Of a stretch of DNA of 39,779 nucleotides, positions 37,334 through 39,779 are shown one piece after another (the first letter of the stretch is position 1; each line of letters begins with the position of its first letter). A program made the position numbers and the translations under genes. This stretch comes from Deltaproteobacteria bacterium (lineage in GTDB: Bacteria; Myxococcota_A; UBA9160; SMWR01): positions 1 through 39,779 of the forward strand of contig JAQBGU010000222.1 of assembly GCA_032128375.1 (NCBI GenBank), written 5' to 3'. The notes beneath the pieces are model-generated. The model was given only the letters and a program-made list of their open reading frames with translations. It did no database searches and was not told the origin of the DNA.

Positions 37334-37639
37334 GCTTGCTTCACTGTGCGCGCGTCTTGGACGTGTTTTGTTACCGTCACCGTCGTCCAGTTCGCCTCCC
37401 CCGACATCGCGCGCCCGAGCCTACAAGAAGTGCGGCAGAGCGCTTGGAGAGACCGTTGCGGCGGGTTGCTCGACCGGCGCCCGCTGCAGCGTTCTCGAGC
37501 TTGCCGGCACTGGGAGAACGCATTAAAGTTCGCAGCCTTACGGGTTCCGCGGTACCGGGTTATCGCGCGGGCTCGTCGACTCTCGGGACGCCCGTGAGAC
37601 GCGATTGTCGAGCCCAACAGCTTCGGAAAAAGGCCCCCC

Positions 37640-38839
37640 ATGCGCTTCTACGAATACGAATCCAAGGCGCTGTTCGCGCGCCACGGCATGCCACTGGGAA
37701 AAAGTGGTGTCGCCACGACCCGCGACGAAGCCCGATCGATCGCTGCGGACATCGGCGGATCGGTCGTTTTGAAGAGCCAGGTTCTGTCGGGCGGCCGCAT
37801 GAAGGCGGGCGCGGTCAAATTCGCTGACACGCCGGACGAATCAGCGGCGTTTTTCGACGAAATCATGCCGATCGTCGTTAACGGGCAAGCGGCCCGCTCG
37901 GTACTGGTCGAACAGAAGAGTCCGATCGCTCAGGAGTACTACGTGGGCGTCACCTGGGATGGTCGCCGCAAGCTGCCGGTGCTGATCTTCAGCGACATGG
38001 GCGGTATCGATATCGAACAGGTCGCCGAAGAGCACCCGGAACACGTCTCGAAGACCCATTTCTCGACGCTGCTCCCGACGTCGCCACGCATCGCAAAAGA
38101 GGGCATCAGCGCCACGGGTGTCAGCGGAGGCGATCTGAACCGGCTGACGCCGATCGTTGCGAACCTGATCGACCTGTTCCTCCAATACGACCTGACGCTC
38201 GCCGAGATCAACCCGTTGGTTCGACTCGAAGACGGTCGCTTCGTGGTGCTCGACGGACACGTCGACATGGAGGCCGAAGCGCGTGACACCCACAGAGCGC
38301 TGCTCGACGAGCTGGGAATCGGCCCCGACGAGACCCGCCAGGCGCGGCCCCCGACTGACTTCGAAATTCGCGGCGCCAAGGTCGATGCATCGGATCATCG
38401 CGGAGTCGCGGGCAATGTCGTCGAATTCGACGGCAACCTCGGCCTGGTGATCGGCGCGGGTGGTGGTTCGCTGACGCTGTTCGATGCGGTCCGAAACCAC
38501 GGTGGCAAGCCAGCCAACTACTGCGAGATCGGTGGCAACCCGAGCGTAAAGAAAGCCTGTGCGCTCACGAAGCTCGTGCTGACTAAGCCGGGCGTCGAGA
38601 AGATCGCCGTGATGATGAACGTGGTGTCCAATACGCGGGTAGACATGGTCGCGCGCGGAGTCATCAAGGGTTGCATCGAACTCGGCCGCGACCCCTCACA
38701 GACGATCGCGATCTTCCGAATTCCGGGTTCGTGGGAAGAAGAGGGCTTCAAGCTTCTGGCGAAGCACGGCGTCGAATTCTGCGACCGGGGCGTTTCCATG
38801 TATGAGGCGGCTGGTCGCGCTGTCGCCAAGATGAAATGA
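37640..38839 (+). CDS. sucC: Succinyl-CoA-synthetase-beta-like ADP-forming acid:CoA ligase subunit (divergent)
   Basis: YEYESK, LKSQVLSGGRMKAGAV, GGIDIE, EINPL, GAGGG, PANYCEIGGNP. Confidence 0.85.
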   Translation: MRFYEYESKALFARHGMPLGKSGVATTRDEARSIAADIGGSVVLKSQVLSGGRMKAGAVKFADTPDESAAFFDEIMPIVVNGQAARSVLVEQKSPIAQEYYVGVTWDGRRKLPVLIFSDMGGIDIEQVAEEHPEHVSKTHFSTLLPTSPRIAKEGISATGVSGGDLNRLTPIVANLIDLFLQYDLTLAEINPLVRLEDGRFVVLDGHVDMEAEARDTHRALLDELGIGPDETRQARPPTDFEIRGAKVDASDHRGVAGNVVEFDGNLGLVIGAGGGSLTLFDAVRNHGGKPANYCEIGGNPSVKKACALTKLVLTKPGVEKIAVMMNVVSNTRVDMVARGVIKGCIELGRDPSQTIAIFRIPGSWEEEGFKLLAKHGVEFCDRGVSMYEAAGRAVAKMK

Positions 38840-38855
38840 TCGGGCGGAACGTCCC

Positions 38856-39653
38856 ATGTCGATTCTGATCAATGCCAATACGACCTTCATCGTCCAGGGA
38901 ATTACTGGAAGAGAAGCGGTCAGCCTGACGCGCGAGAACCTCGATTACGGCGCGAGGATCGTCGGCGGCGTGACGCCGGGCCGCGCCGGCCGCGACGTCT
39001 ACGGTGTGCCGGTATTCGACTGCGTGCGCGACATCACCGCCAAGACCCATGTCGACGGCTCGGTGGTGTGCGTGCCGCCCCGCTTTGCCAAGGATGCCGT
39101 GTTCGAGGCGCTCGAAAACGGCATCAAGCTCATCGTGATCGTCACCGAGCGGATCCCGCGACGCGAAGTCGCACAGATGGTCGAACTGGCCGGTATGCGC
39201 GGCGCTCGGATCATCGGCCCCAACTGCCTCGGGATCATCTCGCCGGGCGAAGCGAAGATGGGCGGAGTCGGTGGCCCGGCCGCCAATACGAAGACCGCCT
39301 ATTCGAAGGGCAACATCGGCATCATGTCGCGGTCGGGCGGGATGACGACCGAGATCGCCAGCACACTGACTGCGGCCGGTCTCGGCCAATCGACCGCTGT
39401 GTCGATCGGCGGCGATGCGATCATCGGAACTTCGTACGCAGAATTGATGCCACTCTTCGAGGCCGACCCGCAGACCCACGCGATCGCGATCTACTCCGAG
39501 CCGGGTGGCCGGATGGAGGCGGAACTCGCCGAATGGATCTTGGAGGGCGTGGGGCGGCGACGGGTAAATGGAGGGGGCAACCGGCGACTCGAAGCGGGCC
39601 GCCCGGTCGAGGGCCATCGCAAGCAGTGGTGCCTCCGCGAGCGTGATCGCTGA
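38856..39653 (+). pseudogene. sucD: Succinyl-CoA-synthetase-alpha-like subunit, truncated after about 39540
   Basis: QGITG, GGVTPG, IIGPNCLG, SRSGG, SIGGD, EPGG are present. Sequence after LAEWI is unrelated and the GHAG phospho-His motif is absent. Confidence 0.8.
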
Positions 39654-39779
39654 TGCGGTCGGCGAGATTTCGACGCGCCCGGATCGGATCGCAAACAGCG
39701 TCGAGAGCGCAGCGGTGCCTTCGAGCGGCTGCGACTGCCCCACGGGCTTGGCGGTGGCCTGGACCACGTGCCCGGCCTC
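39540..39779 (-). CDS. Fragment of an unidentified gene entering from the right edge, fused tail-to-tail with the sucD-like gene
   Basis: Open frame from the window edge (EAGHVVQATAKPVGQSQPLEGTAALSTLFAIRSGRVEI...) with mostly G/C third positions. It has no stop at the junction and reads on into sucD antisense. Confidence 0.45.

Noticed and set aside
38748..39540. 339-aa minus-strand ORF as a full gene
   Set aside because: This portion is the antisense shadow of the sucD-like and sucC-like genes; only the part right of about 39540 looks coding.

Overview
High-GC bacterial DNA. Gene content (lipase-like lipoprotein, PilZ and PAS proteins, exosortase H, split pntAA/pntAB/pntB) suggests a Myxococcota/Deltaproteobacteria-like organism, which is inference only. 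Positions 1-6410 are a decaying accessory island next to the 3' end of tRNA-Pro(TGG). It holds a 5'-truncated group II intron reverse transcriptase that the ORF track misses, a thioesterase, a damaged Baeyer-Villiger monooxygenase, an internally deleted IS630, a sigma-54-type promoter ahead of a sulfatase with a non-canonical motif, a second sulfatase stub and a broken tyrosine integrase. The rest is mostly metabolic backbone: esterase, leuC/leuD, enoyl-CoA hydratase, acyl-CoA ligase, SDR, exosortase H plus partner, membrane spermidine-synthase-like/TPR fusion, RlmI-like methyltransferase, YyaL, deoxyhypusine-synthase-like protein, TPR, PilZ, PAS, MBL hydrolase, dienelactone hydrolase, transhydrogenase, an HhH-like protein, an NPP-family phosphodiesterase and a divergent succinyl-CoA-synthetase-like pair whose alpha gene is cut off. 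The best leads are a divergent crotonyl-CoA carboxylase/reductase-like gene upstream of the transhydrogenase operon, a ~70-bp structured repeat bracketing a TPR lipoprotein gene, and a window-wide pattern of short tandem duplications and deletion junctions. No CRISPR array or complete novel defence system is evident. All family calls come from motif recognition by eye, without database searches.
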